From NCBI GenBank assembly GCA_043797085.1, contig JAZDQA010000012.1, positions 32,001 to 96,000 of the forward strand: a stretch of 64,000 nt of DNA. Reading direction: 5' to 3'. Made by a program: the position numbers and the translations under genes. The stretch comes from Pseudomonadota bacterium. GTDB lineage: Bacteria > Campylobacterota > Campylobacteria > Campylobacterales > Sulfurimonadaceae. Positions 27,504-38,885 of the stretch are shown one piece after another; positions within the stretch are counted from its first letter, which is position 1; each line of letters starts with the position of its first letter. The notes below the pieces were generated by a model that ran no database searches, was not told the origin of the DNA, and was given only the letters and a program-made list of their open reading frames with translations.

Positions 27504-28288
27504 TGTTTGATGATTTACGCCCTCATTTAGTTGAACTGCGCAAACGACTGGGTATCAGCGTCGTTGCAGTCATTGTTATGTCCATCATTATGTGGAATTT
27601 TCACGATGCAATACTTGCATGGATTACCGCCCCTCTTGTTGACGCACTTACCGCTACATCAAAGATCTCCCGTAAAGCAGCCATGGGAATGATTGTCACC
27701 CGAGAGCTATCGGAAGCATTTTTTGTCGCGATGAAAGTTTCCTTTTTCGCAGGACTTCTCGCAGCACTTCCCGTTATACTGTCTCAAGTATGGCTTTTTA
27801 TCGCTCCGGGTTTGTATACCAATGAGAAAAAAATGATGATTCCCATCGTCGTAGGTGGAACCGCAATGTTCCTGATGGGTTCAGCATTCGCCTACTATTT
27901 TGTCACCCCTATCGGATTTGCTTTTTTCATCGAATTCGGAAGTGCCTCTTTTGTTCCGATGTACAATATCGGAGAGTACGTTGAATTTTTCACCAAAATC
28001 TTATTTGGTTTCGGGCTTGCATTTGAGCTTCCGGTTGTTTGTTATTTTCTTGCCCTCCTAGGACTCGTCGATGACAAAATGATGAAAAGTTTCTTTCGCT
28101 ACGCCATCGTTTTAATCTTTATTCTTTCTGCGATTTTAACGCCTCCTGATGTCATTTCTCAAATCCTAATGGCATTGCCTTTGATTTTTCTCTATGGGAT
28201 TTCTATTCTTATAGTCCGCGCCGTCAATCCTGCGCCCAAAGAAGAGCCTGAATCAAATTACGAAGATGAAGAAGAGACGATTGATTAA
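27503..28288 (+). CDS. tatC: Twin-arginine translocase subunit TatC
   Basis: HLVELRKRL, FIAPGLY, FELP, LTPPDV. Confidence 0.96.
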   Translation: MFDDLRPHLVELRKRLGISVVAVIVMSIIMWNFHDAILAWITAPLVDALTATSKISRKAAMGMIVTRELSEAFFVAMKVSFFAGLLAALPVILSQVWLFIAPGLYTNEKKMMIPIVVGGTAMFLMGSAFAYYFVTPIGFAFFIEFGSASFVPMYNIGEYVEFFTKILFGFGLAFELPVVCYFLALLGLVDDKMMKSFFRYAIVLIFILSAILTPPDVISQILMALPLIFLYGISILIVRAVNPAPKEEPESNYEDEEETID

Positions 28289-29306
28289 AGACCCTCTGTT
28301 AACCTCCAGTTATGAATACTCACTTCCAAGTGAGCTCATAGCCACACATCCCGTCCACCCCAGAGATCATGCACGACTTCTTGTTTACAAACGAAGCGGT
28401 TGTTCCATTACTCATGCCCGTTTTGACCAATTAGAACAATTTTTGCCTAAAGAGTGTGCTCTTATTTTTAACGATACCAAAGTGATAAAAGCACGACTGT
28501 ACGGTAAAAAAGTCAGTGGCGGAGCTATCGAACTGCTCATAAACCGTCCCCTCGATGCCCATACTCTCAATGTGTATATCAAAGGGCGTGTTAAAGAACA
28601 AACACTCCTTCTTTTTGACGATAACCTTACCGCAACGGTAACCGCTCTCCATGAAGACGGATCTCGCGAAGTACAGTTCACCAAAGAGGGGACACTTTTA
28701 CGTTTTGAAGAGCTTCTCCCGATACTCGAACGCATTGGGCATATCCCCCTCCCCCCATATCTAGGTCGTGAAGACAACTCCGAAGATGAGCGTGAATATC
28801 AAAGTGTTTTTGCTGTACACGAGGGGGCTGTTGCTGCTCCCACTGCCTCACTGCATTTTACCGATGAGCTTTTTGAAGCCGTTTGTCATTCACGCCCGCA
28901 TGCTTTCGTCACCTTGCACGTAGGTTCCGGAACCTTCAAACCTGTCGAATGCGCTCACATCACCGATCATCCGATGCACTCGGAGTATTTTAATATCACC
29001 GACCAAGCACATACACTTATCCAACAAGAAATCCCCCTTCTGTGCATCGGAACGACATCAACAAGAACCATTGAATACCATGCTCGTACCCAAGAACTTC
29101 ACGGTGAGGCAAATCTCTTTTTGCATCCCAACAACCCACCTTTACGTGTAAATCATCTTTTAACCAACTTTCATCTTCCGCAATCCACTTTACTAATGCT
29201 GGTTGCCTCTTTTGTAGGTCTGGAAGAGATGCACCGTATCTATGATGAAGCGATTGCACAAAAATACCGCTTCTTTTCGTATGGCGATGCGATGCTTATA
29301 CTCTAA
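28266..29306 (+). CDS. queA: SAM:tRNA ribosyltransferase-isomerase
   Basis: NDTKVIKARL, PLPPY, AAPTASLHF, TNFHLPQSTL, YRFFSYGDAM; true start probably near 28280. Confidence 0.96.
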   Translation: MKKRRLIKDPLLTSSYEYSLPSELIATHPVHPRDHARLLVYKRSGCSITHARFDQLEQFLPKECALIFNDTKVIKARLYGKKVSGGAIELLINRPLDAHTLNVYIKGRVKEQTLLLFDDNLTATVTALHEDGSREVQFTKEGTLLRFEELLPILERIGHIPLPPYLGREDNSEDEREYQSVFAVHEGAVAAPTASLHFTDELFEAVCHSRPHAFVTLHVGSGTFKPVECAHITDHPMHSEYFNITDQAHTLIQQEIPLLCIGTTSTRTIEYHARTQELHGEANLFLHPNNPPLRVNHLLTNFHLPQSTLLMLVASFVGLEEMHRIYDEAIAQKYRFFSYGDAMLIL

Positions 29307-29322
29307 ATCATTCCACGTTATG

Positions 29323-29340
29323 TTACAATTAGATTACAAT
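29323..29340 (+). promoter_or_regulatory. TTACAAT direct repeat upstream of sorA
   Basis: TTACAAT-TAGA-TTACAAT, 11 bp period, as in OmpR-family sites. Confidence 0.35.
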
Positions 29341-29357
29341 AACCGTAAGGCATACAT

Positions 29358-30584
29358 ATGAAAACTCTTAACCGCAGACATTTTTTAGGCGCCGGTTTAC
29401 TCTTGGGGGCTACAAGCCTTCTAGGGAAAGCAATGCCCACTCAACCTATTTCAATTCCGCAAGAATACAAACCACCTATCATCGCATTTCCAGAGAAAAA
29501 ACCGATGATTGCCGTCTCTGATCGTCCACCGTTGCTTAAATCTGCCAAAGGGCGTGAAATTTTTATGCAGCCGATTACTCCCAATGATGAATTTTTCGTC
29601 CGTTGGCATCTTCCTGATATCCCGACTTTTATTGATTTAAACACTTTTCGTCTTGAAGTTAAAGGTGCCGTCAATACGCCGCTTTCTCTTAGTGTCGATG
29701 ATTTAAAATCCAAATTTGAACCAGCAGAAATTACCGCAGTACTTCAATGCGGAGGGAACAGCCGTAAATACTATAAAAATGTAGGTCCAGCAACTCATGG
29801 GGTACAATGGGATCACGGAGCTATGGGATGTGCAGTGTGGAAAGGGGTTCGTCTAAAAGACCTCTTGGAGCATGCAGGGGTCAAAGAAAGTGCCAAGTGG
29901 GTCGGACTCAACGGCCTAGAAAAACCTGCTATGGAAGAAACCCCTGATTTTTTCCGAGAAATGGCGATTGCAGAAGCTCTCGAAGATCAAATAATTGTTG
30001 CCTACTCGATGAACGGGGAGGATCTTCCTTATCTAAACGGTTTTCCGTTGCGATTGGTTATTCCAGGACATTTTGCCGACAGTTGGGTTAAAATGCTCAC
30101 CGAAATCACTGTTTTAGAGACCTATCAAAAAAGCTTTTTTATGGATGTTGCCTACACTGTTCCGGATAACGATTGCGAATGTGTTGTTTCAGGAAGCGAT
30201 TTTGAATACAAACGAAAACCCATTGCGAGCATGAAAGTAAAATCGGTCATCGGCTACCCTTCATCCGACACAGCTATCAAAAAAGGGTCAAAAGTTAAAA
30301 TCACGGGAGTCGCTTTTGACCAAGGAAAAGGGATCAAAGAGGTGATGATTTCTCTGGATGGCGGAAAAAGCTGGAGCGCTGCTAAACTCTCTGCTGAAAA
30401 CGGTAAATATGCCTTTAGAATGTGGACCTATGAATGGGATGCCAAAATCAAAGGTGACTTTTCCATTATGGCGCGTGCGATCAATCGCATCGGAAATATT
30501 CAACCTCAAGTAGACGAAATCGGCTGGAATGCAGGCGGATACCAATACAATGCTGTTGATGTCGTCAACGTTAAAATCGTCTAA
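29358..30584 (+). CDS. sorA: Sulfite:cytochrome c oxidoreductase molybdopterin subunit
   Basis: Tat signal RRHFL, FFVRWH, Mo-ligand QCGGNSR, NGFPLRLVIPG, WNAGGY. Confidence 0.9.
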   Translation: MKTLNRRHFLGAGLLLGATSLLGKAMPTQPISIPQEYKPPIIAFPEKKPMIAVSDRPPLLKSAKGREIFMQPITPNDEFFVRWHLPDIPTFIDLNTFRLEVKGAVNTPLSLSVDDLKSKFEPAEITAVLQCGGNSRKYYKNVGPATHGVQWDHGAMGCAVWKGVRLKDLLEHAGVKESAKWVGLNGLEKPAMEETPDFFREMAIAEALEDQIIVAYSMNGEDLPYLNGFPLRLVIPGHFADSWVKMLTEITVLETYQKSFFMDVAYTVPDNDCECVVSGSDFEYKRKPIASMKVKSVIGYPSSDTAIKKGSKVKITGVAFDQGKGIKEVMISLDGGKSWSAAKLSAENGKYAFRMWTYEWDAKIKGDFSIMARAINRIGNIQPQVDEIGWNAGGYQYNAVDVVNVKIV

Positions 30585-30593
30585 GGAGCAAAA

Positions 30594-30911
30594 ATGAAAA
30601 AAATATTTTTAACGGCACTTATCCTAGGTGCCACAACACTTTTTGCTCAAGTTGCCAAACCAATCGAAATGCCTTACGTCGATTATCCTATGGTAAAAGG
30701 CGATCACGATGAAGTAGCACAGCAATACTGCCTCATCTGTCACTCATGGGGATACGTTCTTAACCAAGGTAAAAAAAGCAGACCTTACTGGAAAGGGACC
30801 GTACAAAAAATGGTCAATGAATTCAAGGCTCCTATCTCCAAAGAAGACCAGCATACCATCACCAACTATCTCGTAAAACATTATGGATACGAGGCAGATT
30901 CAGCGCATTAA
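30594..30911 (+). CDS. sorB: Sulfite:cytochrome c oxidoreductase monoheme cytochrome subunit
   Basis: Signal peptide, CLICH, W..TVQKM..F.API; directly after sorA. Confidence 0.88.
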   Translation: MKKIFLTALILGATTLFAQVAKPIEMPYVDYPMVKGDHDEVAQQYCLICHSWGYVLNQGKKSRPYWKGTVQKMVNEFKAPISKEDQHTITNYLVKHYGYEADSAH

Positions 30912-30937
30912 AATTTGCTTCTAACGAGGCAAATTTT
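30910..30937. terminator. Bidirectional terminator between sorB and dprA
   Basis: AAAATTTGCTTC-TAAC-GAGGCAAATTTT between convergent genes. Confidence 0.65.
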
Positions 30938-30940
30938 CTA

Positions 30941-31717
30941 TTAAACTACCAGTACTCTACCGTTTCGTACTTCTATTATCCCCCCAAGCTCTGCTTCAAA
31001 TATTTCACTCGGAAATCGGGCAATCACCTCTTCATACGTCGGCATCGTTCTGCAATAAGATATAAAGGGTGAGTCATTTATGGTATTTAGAGCGGATGAA
31101 GTAATCATGGCAACAAAACTGTCAATCTCTTCAATCGCCGTTGCCCTGCCTTGCGTCAGAAGCCTATGCGTTCCCTCGCTCTCACGTATACGATGCGGTA
31201 AAACATAAATTTGCTTACCCATTTCCAGTGCAAATTCCACCGAGCGCATACTACCGCTTCCGATATCAGCTTCCGCAACGATGAGACACTCACCCAATGC
31301 TACAACAATCTCATTACGCACTACAAAGCTCCACTCTCTCGCCATAAAATCAGGCTCAAATTGAGAAAGCGTTAAGCCATTCTTTTCAATAGATTCAATC
31401 AGCTCACGGTTAGCTTTGGGGTAGCGAATATCAATACCACACGGTAACACAGCGATGGTATTGCGCATTCCTGCACCTTGATGCGCCAGAGTATCCACAC
31501 CAGCAGCTGCACCGCTCACGATAACCATACCGGCAAGGGAGAGTTTTTTAGAAAGTTCCAGTGTAAGCGCCCGCGTGTAGGGATTTGGGCGACGCGTTCC
31601 AACGATGGAGATTTTGGGACGACAAAGAAGATCGAGAGAGCCCTTATAATAAAGAGATTCAGGATATTTTTTCATACAATCAAGCTCATTGATTTTAAAA
31701 GGGAGATTTATTGTCAT
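30941..31717 (-). CDS. dprA: DNA-processing protein DprA
   Basis: SIVGTR, VSGAAAGVD..AHQGA, FVVRNEIV, EADIGSGS. Confidence 0.93.
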   Translation of the reverse strand: MTINLPFKINELDCMKKYPESLYYKGSLDLLCRPKISIVGTRRPNPYTRALTLELSKKLSLAGMVIVSGAAAGVDTLAHQGAGMRNTIAVLPCGIDIRYPKANRELIESIEKNGLTLSQFEPDFMAREWSFVVRNEIVVALGECLIVAEADIGSGSMRSVEFALEMGKQIYVLPHRIRESEGTHRLLTQGRATAIEEIDSFVAMITSSALNTINDSPFISYCRTMPTYEEVIARFPSEIFEAELGGIIEVRNGRVLVV

Positions 31718-31792
31718 ATCGTTATCCAGTACTTATTTTTCAGCCTCATTGTACTAAATGGGATTCAAATAACATAAAAATATGACAGTTTG

Positions 31793-32809
31793 TTATATTT
31801 TATCTATTCCTACGAGCATCACTTCACTCAAAACCTCTTTCGATTCTTTGAGTGCTTGCAGTGTATCAGGGCGTGGGTGTCCGATGGCGATAGCGCTTCC
31901 ATTGCGTTTGGCAATCGCAACTGCTTCACGTATTTGTTTTTTGATATTTTTAACCCCGTCTTGATGATCCAAAAATACATCCCGTCCTAAATAACGCATA
32001 CCGTATTTCGTATCAATCACTTTTACTTTGCTCTGCGCTGTCGTTCGACTATCAACAAAAATAAGCCCATTTTCTCTCATAACCGATACCAACCGATCCA
32101 TTGCATCTTCATCTGCAGTAAATTTTGAACCGGTATGATTGTTAATATAATGAACTTCCGGATAAAGTTTTTTAATTTTCTGAATTTGAGCGGTTATTGT
32201 CTCTTTCGAATCGGTTACCCTCAATGTCACCTGCTCTTCATCGTTAAAATCAACTGCTTCAAGCGGTAAATGTACCATATACCCATTCACCCCTTGCGCT
32301 AACGTTGCGGATTCATTATGACGAGAGCTTGGAGGTAAAAACGACATAACGAGTGGTAATCCAACGGAACGTATAGATTTAACATCATGAGCATACGATA
32401 CGTCATCCATGATAATAACCAGTTTTGCATTGCCATTTGTCGCAGGTCGGTAAACCCTAAGCTCACTAGGAGGCGGTGTCGCTTTTTTATCTTTTGGAGC
32501 ATATTCATGATTTGCGTGGATAGATTCGCGTGCAAGAAGCTCATTAAGTGCTTCTTTTAGATGCTCCGTCTCACGATTTTCTTCATCCGCTTTTGTTAAG
32601 TCCTTCGTATCGACTTTAGCAATCTCTTTGATTTGTCCCATAAGCAACTGAGTCTGTTCTCGTTGTCGGTCTGTCTCCTCTTCTGCTTGATTAAAACCAA
32701 TAAAATAGCCAATAAGTATGGAAGTAGAAATCATCAAAAGTAATAATAAGAAAATAGCAATATGTTTTAAAGAAAAAAGAGAACGAAAAGGAGAAGTGCG
32801 CTTATGCAT
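31793..32809 (-). CDS. Divergent polysaccharide deacetylase family protein (YibQ-like), membrane-anchored
   Basis: LVIIMDD, HLPLE, NNHTGS, FVDSRT, RDVFLD, AIGHP; start taken at ATG 32809. Confidence 0.9.
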   Translation of the reverse strand: MHKRTSPFRSLFSLKHIAIFLLLLLMISTSILIGYFIGFNQAEEETDRQREQTQLLMGQIKEIAKVDTKDLTKADEENRETEHLKEALNELLARESIHANHEYAPKDKKATPPPSELRVYRPATNGNAKLVIIMDDVSYAHDVKSIRSVGLPLVMSFLPPSSRHNESATLAQGVNGYMVHLPLEAVDFNDEEQVTLRVTDSKETITAQIQKIKKLYPEVHYINNHTGSKFTADEDAMDRLVSVMRENGLIFVDSRTTAQSKVKVIDTKYGMRYLGRDVFLDHQDGVKNIKKQIREAVAIAKRNGSAIAIGHPRPDTLQALKESKEVLSEVMLVGIDKI

Positions 32810-32833
32810 CAAAAGGACTTTTGAATGAAAGGT

Positions 32834-32849
32834 ACACCCCAAAGGGTGT
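32834..32849 (-). terminator. Possible hairpin terminator after ilvC
   Basis: ACACCC-CAAA-GGGTGT. Confidence 0.35.
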
Positions 32850-32863
32850 TTTGGAAAATACTA

Positions 32864-33997
<1,134 letters not shown>

Positions 33998-34051
33998 TTA
34001 GCCCATACGACAAATTGCATGATACAATTCATTCAAAATTCAAGGCATTTT

Positions 34052-34687
34052 ATGAAAAAATTCAACCTATTTAAAGAAATCATCGTCGTACCTCGTGAAG
34101 ATTTTATGCATGCACTTAATTCGCATAAAAAATTTGCAATTACCTATAAAGGTGAGATAGTTTTTGAACCTTTTCCTTTAACTCTTATCTCCATTTATGA
34201 GGGCTCCATTCCTGTCGCCTCACTAATGAGTACAAATTTAGCCCGTCCTATAGGTGAAACACTAGGTAAAGAATACCGTGTCGTAGAAGATGAGGATCGA
34301 ATCCTTATTAAAGCATCAGGTGCTTGGCAAAATATCATCGGATTCAACCGTCTTCGCGCATTGTATGATGATACGTCTGGGGATGGAATTGCTGAATTTT
34401 CCGATAAAGATCTCGAAACAATCGGGTGGCATGCGACAGAATTCAATATTCAATACCGTGATATCGTCGATATTTTTGAAGAACAAAGCGAAGGGGTACT
34501 ACTGTGTATTGAGCAAGAAGAACCTTATCAGTTCAGCGGGCTTGGATTTTTGTTTGATATGAAAGCTGCACAAAAACTTGGATTTGAGTATTGTGCTAGT
34601 GTCATTAAAGATAAAATAGCCAATGATGAAGATTTTACCACGTTGAGTGACGATGAAGAGGAAGCTAAAGATTATTTTTTAAGCTGA
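34052..34687 (+). CDS. Hypothetical acidic protein
   Basis: Long ORF filling the gap between ilvC and ruvX; no recognised motif; start 34019 or 34052. Confidence 0.7.
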   Translation: MKKFNLFKEIIVVPREDFMHALNSHKKFAITYKGEIVFEPFPLTLISIYEGSIPVASLMSTNLARPIGETLGKEYRVVEDEDRILIKASGAWQNIIGFNRLRALYDDTSGDGIAEFSDKDLETIGWHATEFNIQYRDIVDIFEEQSEGVLLCIEQEEPYQFSGLGFLFDMKAAQKLGFEYCASVIKDKIANDEDFTTLSDDEEEAKDYFLS

Positions 34688-35070
34688 GTCATATACCGCT
34701 CTAAAATAATCTTCGCCGAAAGAGAGTCGATACGTCCGTCCCGTTTATAGCGGATTTCGCCTTTCATCATCGCTTCGGCTTCTTGCGAACTGTAGGATTC
34801 ATCTTGATAGACAATTTCGCCTGTAAATTCGACGAGATTCATAAAGTGCGCAACCCTACGGCGCATCTCGTCTTCTGTCGTGCTTCCCATGGGGATACCG
34901 ACCACGACTGTCTCAGCCTCGTATTCGTTCAACACTTTTTTAACGTCATTGGCAGCTTGGTTACGGTTTTTACGCTCAATTGCAAGAAGCGGTGTAACAA
35001 TCCCTGCTCCCGCATTTAATGCTAATCCAATGCGTTTTAATCCTAAGTCAATCGCAATTATTGCACCCAT
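34672..35070 (-). CDS. ruvX: Holliday junction resolvase-like / pre-16S rRNA nuclease (YqgF family)
   Basis: IAIDLGLKRIGLA, VVGIP, DESYSS, DSLSAKIILE. Confidence 0.92.
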   Translation of the reverse strand: MGAIIAIDLGLKRIGLALNAGAGIVTPLLAIERKNRNQAANDVKKVLNEYEAETVVVGIPMGSTTEDEMRRRVAHFMNLVEFTGEIVYQDESYSSQEAEAMMKGEIRYKRDGRIDSLSAKIILERYMTQLKK

Positions 35071-36413
35071 CATTTCCCCAGACAAAATTGACCGAACATT
35101 TTATCAAACATCTCATCGAGTTCATAAGGTCGAGTAATCGAAGAGAGTGAACGGATGGCTTGATTGATATGAAAAGAGAATAACTCTAATTCACCGCTTT
35201 GCAATGGCTCATAGGCTTCATCAATCGCATGAAGGGTATCTGAGGTTGCACTGATTTGACGCTGTGAAATGAGCATCATCTCCTCAGAGTCGTTATCATG
35301 GTCCATCACATTGCTCAATGCACCGATCAGAATATTTGTATCCTCTTTGCAACTAAGTTCTATGGGAGAGTATTTTTTCAAATTTTCATCGGGAAATACT
35401 TTGGGTAAATCAACTTTGTTGAGAATACAGATAAAAGGTTTGACTTGCGAATACTGCTCGATTAAGTCAATAATAGCATTGTCTTCATCATCCATCTCTC
35501 GGCTGGAATCAAACAACGCAATCACCATATCCGCATTGTCAATCGCTGCAATGGAGCGCTCAATACCGATGCGCTCAATCTCATCATGTGCATTGCGAAT
35601 TCCTGCTGTATCGACAAGACGAATCAGATGTGTACCGATACGCACCTGCTCTTCAATCGTGTCGCGCGTCGTCCCTGCAATCTCACTGACTATCGCACGT
35701 TCATAATCAAGGAGGGAATTTAAAAGAGAGCTTTTTCCAACATTAGGTTTTCCGATGATAGCAACTCGATACCCTTGCATCAAACCGCTGCGTCTGCGAC
35801 TGGATTCGAGGGTACGGGAGAGCTCATTTTTGATTTTTTCGAGTTTGCCCACAATCTGATCTACAACATCACCGGGTAAATCCTCTTCGGCATAATCGAT
35901 AACAACTTCAGAATACGCCAAAATCTCTAGCAAAGAATCACGGATACCCTCAACGTACTCACGTAATTCTCCCTTCATTTGACGGGCGAGGATACGGGCT
36001 GCGTCATCACTCTTTGCTTCAATGAGTGATGCGATTGCTTCAGCTTGAGTCAAATCCAAACGACCGTTCAAAAAGGCTCTTTTACTGAATTCTCCCGGCT
36101 GTGCCAAACGTGCCCCTGCATCCACACATGCACGTAAAACACTTTGAGCAACAATCATCCCGCCGTGGCATTGAAACTCGACAACCTCTTCCCCTGTAAA
36201 ACTTTTGGGGTTTTGAAAATAGATGACGATAGCTTCGTCGATAAGAAGTTCATTACTGTCATAAAGAGATGTCAAGGTAGCGTATCGGGGAATTAATTCT
36301 TTTTTTTGGGAGAGTTTAAGGGCGATAGAGAGAGCATCTTTTCCGCTAAGGCGAACAATACTAATGGAACCAATGCCATGCGCGGTGGCAATGGCAGCTA
36401 TGGTGTGGTACAT
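35070..36413 (-). CDS. mnmE: tRNA modification GTPase
   Basis: GKPNVGKSS, GTTRD, DTAG, NKVD, C-terminal FCLGK. Confidence 0.98.
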   Translation of the reverse strand: MYHTIAAIATAHGIGSISIVRLSGKDALSIALKLSQKKELIPRYATLTSLYDSNELLIDEAIVIYFQNPKSFTGEEVVEFQCHGGMIVAQSVLRACVDAGARLAQPGEFSKRAFLNGRLDLTQAEAIASLIEAKSDDAARILARQMKGELREYVEGIRDSLLEILAYSEVVIDYAEEDLPGDVVDQIVGKLEKIKNELSRTLESSRRRSGLMQGYRVAIIGKPNVGKSSLLNSLLDYERAIVSEIAGTTRDTIEEQVRIGTHLIRLVDTAGIRNAHDEIERIGIERSIAAIDNADMVIALFDSSREMDDEDNAIIDLIEQYSQVKPFICILNKVDLPKVFPDENLKKYSPIELSCKEDTNILIGALSNVMDHDNDSEEMMLISQRQISATSDTLHAIDEAYEPLQSGELELFSFHINQAIRSLSSITRPYELDEMFDKMFGQFCLGK

Positions 36414-37270
36414 TAATACTCGTGGTAACTGTTGATGATGATAAATTTACCACCATCACGGCTTGAACGAATCGCTACATAACGATCAGGGTAACGGCTT
36501 CGAAGCTGTGTGAGGGCGATTTGAACCAACACGCCATCTAAAACTTTGGTTTGAGCGCGTCCGTCACGCTCAATATTTTCACAGACACCTACCAAATAGC
36601 GCTCTATCGACTCTTCTTGGTTTTTCAAAAACTCTGCAATCTCAAGACGCAACTGCAATCCATAGGTTGCATTAATCCAGTTAAACAGCATATACGAAAG
36701 TGCTTTATAGCGATACCCCTCTTTGCCGATCATCAGTGCCGAATCTGCACCGCTTAGTTCAACCAAGAGAGTATGTTCATCATAAACACTGACTTCTATT
36801 TCGTTAAGATCAAAACATGTTGACTTAAACAGGTCGTTGATCTTCGCTTTTACGTCGAGCGCACAATCATCGATGGGCATTTCATCGTATGCAACATCCA
36901 TAGCGTAATCGTCGTAATGTTCTTCATCTTCTTCGTCATCGTGAACCATAAACAGTTCTTCGTTTCGCTCATCTAAACTGCTATCGTCTTCAATGGATTC
37001 TTCTTCACTGTGAACTTCATCCATCGATATATCATCAACGACTTCAACAGGAAAATCGACAGAAATATTGTTGACAACAGGAGGAACACTTATTGGTGTA
37101 GAGGCAAAAGGAAGGTGGGCAACAATAATAGCCGGCTTTTTGAAAAGACCCAACATCCCTTTACTAGGGAATTGGATAATTTCAACTTGTAATTGTGTAA
37201 CCGAACATCCGAATACACTCGCTGCTTGTGCGTAAGCAAGCTCTAGTGTATCAGCTTCAATCTTTTTCAT
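36413..37270 (-). CDS. jag: Jag/EloR-family RNA-binding protein
   Basis: Jag N-domain (IQFPSKGMLGLFKKPA), acidic linker, KH-like IGKEG; located between yidC and mnmE. Confidence 0.8.
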   Translation of the reverse strand: MKKIEADTLELAYAQAASVFGCSVTQLQVEIIQFPSKGMLGLFKKPAIIVAHLPFASTPISVPPVVNNISVDFPVEVVDDISMDEVHSEEESIEDDSSLDERNEELFMVHDDEEDEEHYDDYAMDVAYDEMPIDDCALDVKAKINDLFKSTCFDLNEIEVSVYDEHTLLVELSGADSALMIGKEGYRYKALSYMLFNWINATYGLQLRLEIAEFLKNQEESIERYLVGVCENIERDGRAQTKVLDGVLVQIALTQLRSRYPDRYVAIRSSRDGGKFIIINSYHEY

Positions 37271-38885
37271 GGTGTTTCTCCGCAAGATGCGCCTCGTGAC
37301 GAGCTAAGCGAGCACCTTCAAACTGCTTATTTACTAAATATTGCTGTGCAATCGAGAATATGTTATTGATGAACCAGTACAACACAAGCCCTGCTGGGAA
37401 TGTGAAGAAAAAGAACGTGAAAATAATCGGTAAAAATTTAAAAATCTTTTCTTGTAATGGATCGGTAAAATTACTTGGGGTAATTTTTTGCTGATAGTAC
37501 ATCGTAGCACCCATCAAGATCGGTAAGATGTAATACGGATCCATACGGGACAAATCGGTTACCCAAAGGATCCACTCAGCCCCTTGAAGCTCTACTGCAT
37601 TAAGTAATACACGATAAATCGCGAAGAATACCGGGATTTGGAGCAATAATGGTAAACATCCGCCCAATGGATTAGCACCGTGTTTTTTGTACATTTCCAT
37701 CACCGCTGCATTCATACGCTGCGGATCACCCTTGTATTTCTCTTGAACTTCTTTGATACGAGGAGCAATCTCTTTGATCTTTTGCATCGAGACCATACCC
37801 TTTTGCGTCAATGGGTAGAGAACCATACGAATCAATGCGGTAAGGGCAATAATAGACCATCCCCAGTTACCAAAAATACTATGCAACCACATCAAGACTT
37901 TAAAGATTGGTGATGCTACAAACGTAAAAAAGCCAAATTCGATGGCATTAACAAGAACCGGATCGATAGTATTGAGTGCTTTGTACTCTTTTGGTCCAAT
38001 GTATCCTTTGAAGGCAAACGCTTGAGTACCTTCTAAATAACTCACAGGATTGTCATTCATATCACGCTCTACGATAACTTGCGTTGATTTATCAAAACCA
38101 TACAATATCGTTGCATAGTACTGATCAAATGCTGAGACAAGATGAACATCACTGAAAATTTCACGCCCTTCAACATCACCGTCTTCAAAGATAGTGGTAA
38201 GGTTGTCGCCTGCATAAACCATGCCGCCGATAACTGTCATCATTTGATCATTGATAGTAGGGTGCTGACCTAGATATAAGAAGTATTTTTTATCTTCTGA
38301 AAGGATAATCTTTGTTTCATAATGAGCATCCGCGAAGAAAGTCACTTTTTTTGTTACTGTCAAATTTGGCAAAATTTGCGTAAATGTAACTTCTGCTTTA
38401 CCATTTTCACCTAATACAATATCATCGACGTTGCTGCTGTAAGGAGTTTTTTGTGCAAGTGCATCAACTGTTTCATCAGCGAAACGCATTTGCAATGGTT
38501 TAGCACCCTCAACCGGAATCAATTCGGCCAATTTTCCATCTTTACTGTCATGTTTTGTATTTTTTAGAACAACCGAAGAGATACGCCCTAATGTGTCAAC
38601 TTTTAGAGTAAATTCTTTAGAATTAATCGTTGTCAAAGTATCACTGGTTACCGTTTTAACGGTTGAGAAATCACTTTTATTGCTATCAGTAGCATTTACA
38701 ACACCCTGCGTCGTACTGTCTTGTGTAACCGCTGCTGATGTTGCGGAAGTCGTTTGAACCGATTTATTAGTATCTGCACTGTTAGGCGCTTGGGGAGGAA
38801 AGAGTGTTGTATAGCCGATAAAGAACGCGAACGAAAGCGCGACGGCAAGCAACAAACGCTGATTTGGAGACAATTTTTCTAACAC
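37257..38885 (-). CDS. yidC: Membrane protein insertase YidC
   Basis: GNWGWSII, NPLGGCLPLLLQIPVF, PAGLVLYW. Confidence 0.97.
   Translation of the reverse strand: MLEKLSPNQRLLLAVALSFAFFIGYTTLFPPQAPNSADTNKSVQTTSATSAAVTQDSTTQGVVNATDSNKSDFSTVKTVTSDTLTTINSKEFTLKVDTLGRISSVVLKNTKHDSKDGKLAELIPVEGAKPLQMRFADETVDALAQKTPYSSNVDDIVLGENGKAEVTFTQILPNLTVTKKVTFFADAHYETKIILSEDKKYFLYLGQHPTINDQMMTVIGGMVYAGDNLTTIFEDGDVEGREIFSDVHLVSAFDQYYATILYGFDKSTQVIVERDMNDNPVSYLEGTQAFAFKGYIGPKEYKALNTIDPVLVNAIEFGFFTFVASPIFKVLMWLHSIFGNWGWSIIALTALIRMVLYPLTQKGMVSMQKIKEIAPRIKEVQEKYKGDPQRMNAAVMEMYKKHGANPLGGCLPLLLQIPVFFAIYRVLLNAVELQGAEWILWVTDLSRMDPYYILPILMGATMYYQQKITPSNFTDPLQEKIFKFLPIIFTFFFFTFPAGLVLYWFINNIFSIAQQYLVNKQFEGARLARHEAHLAEKHHEKD

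Noticed and set aside
31712..31787. 8 bp inverted repeat TGTCATAT..ATATGACA around the dprA upstream region
   Set aside because: Short, one arm is the dprA start itself, and there is no target duplication; likely chance
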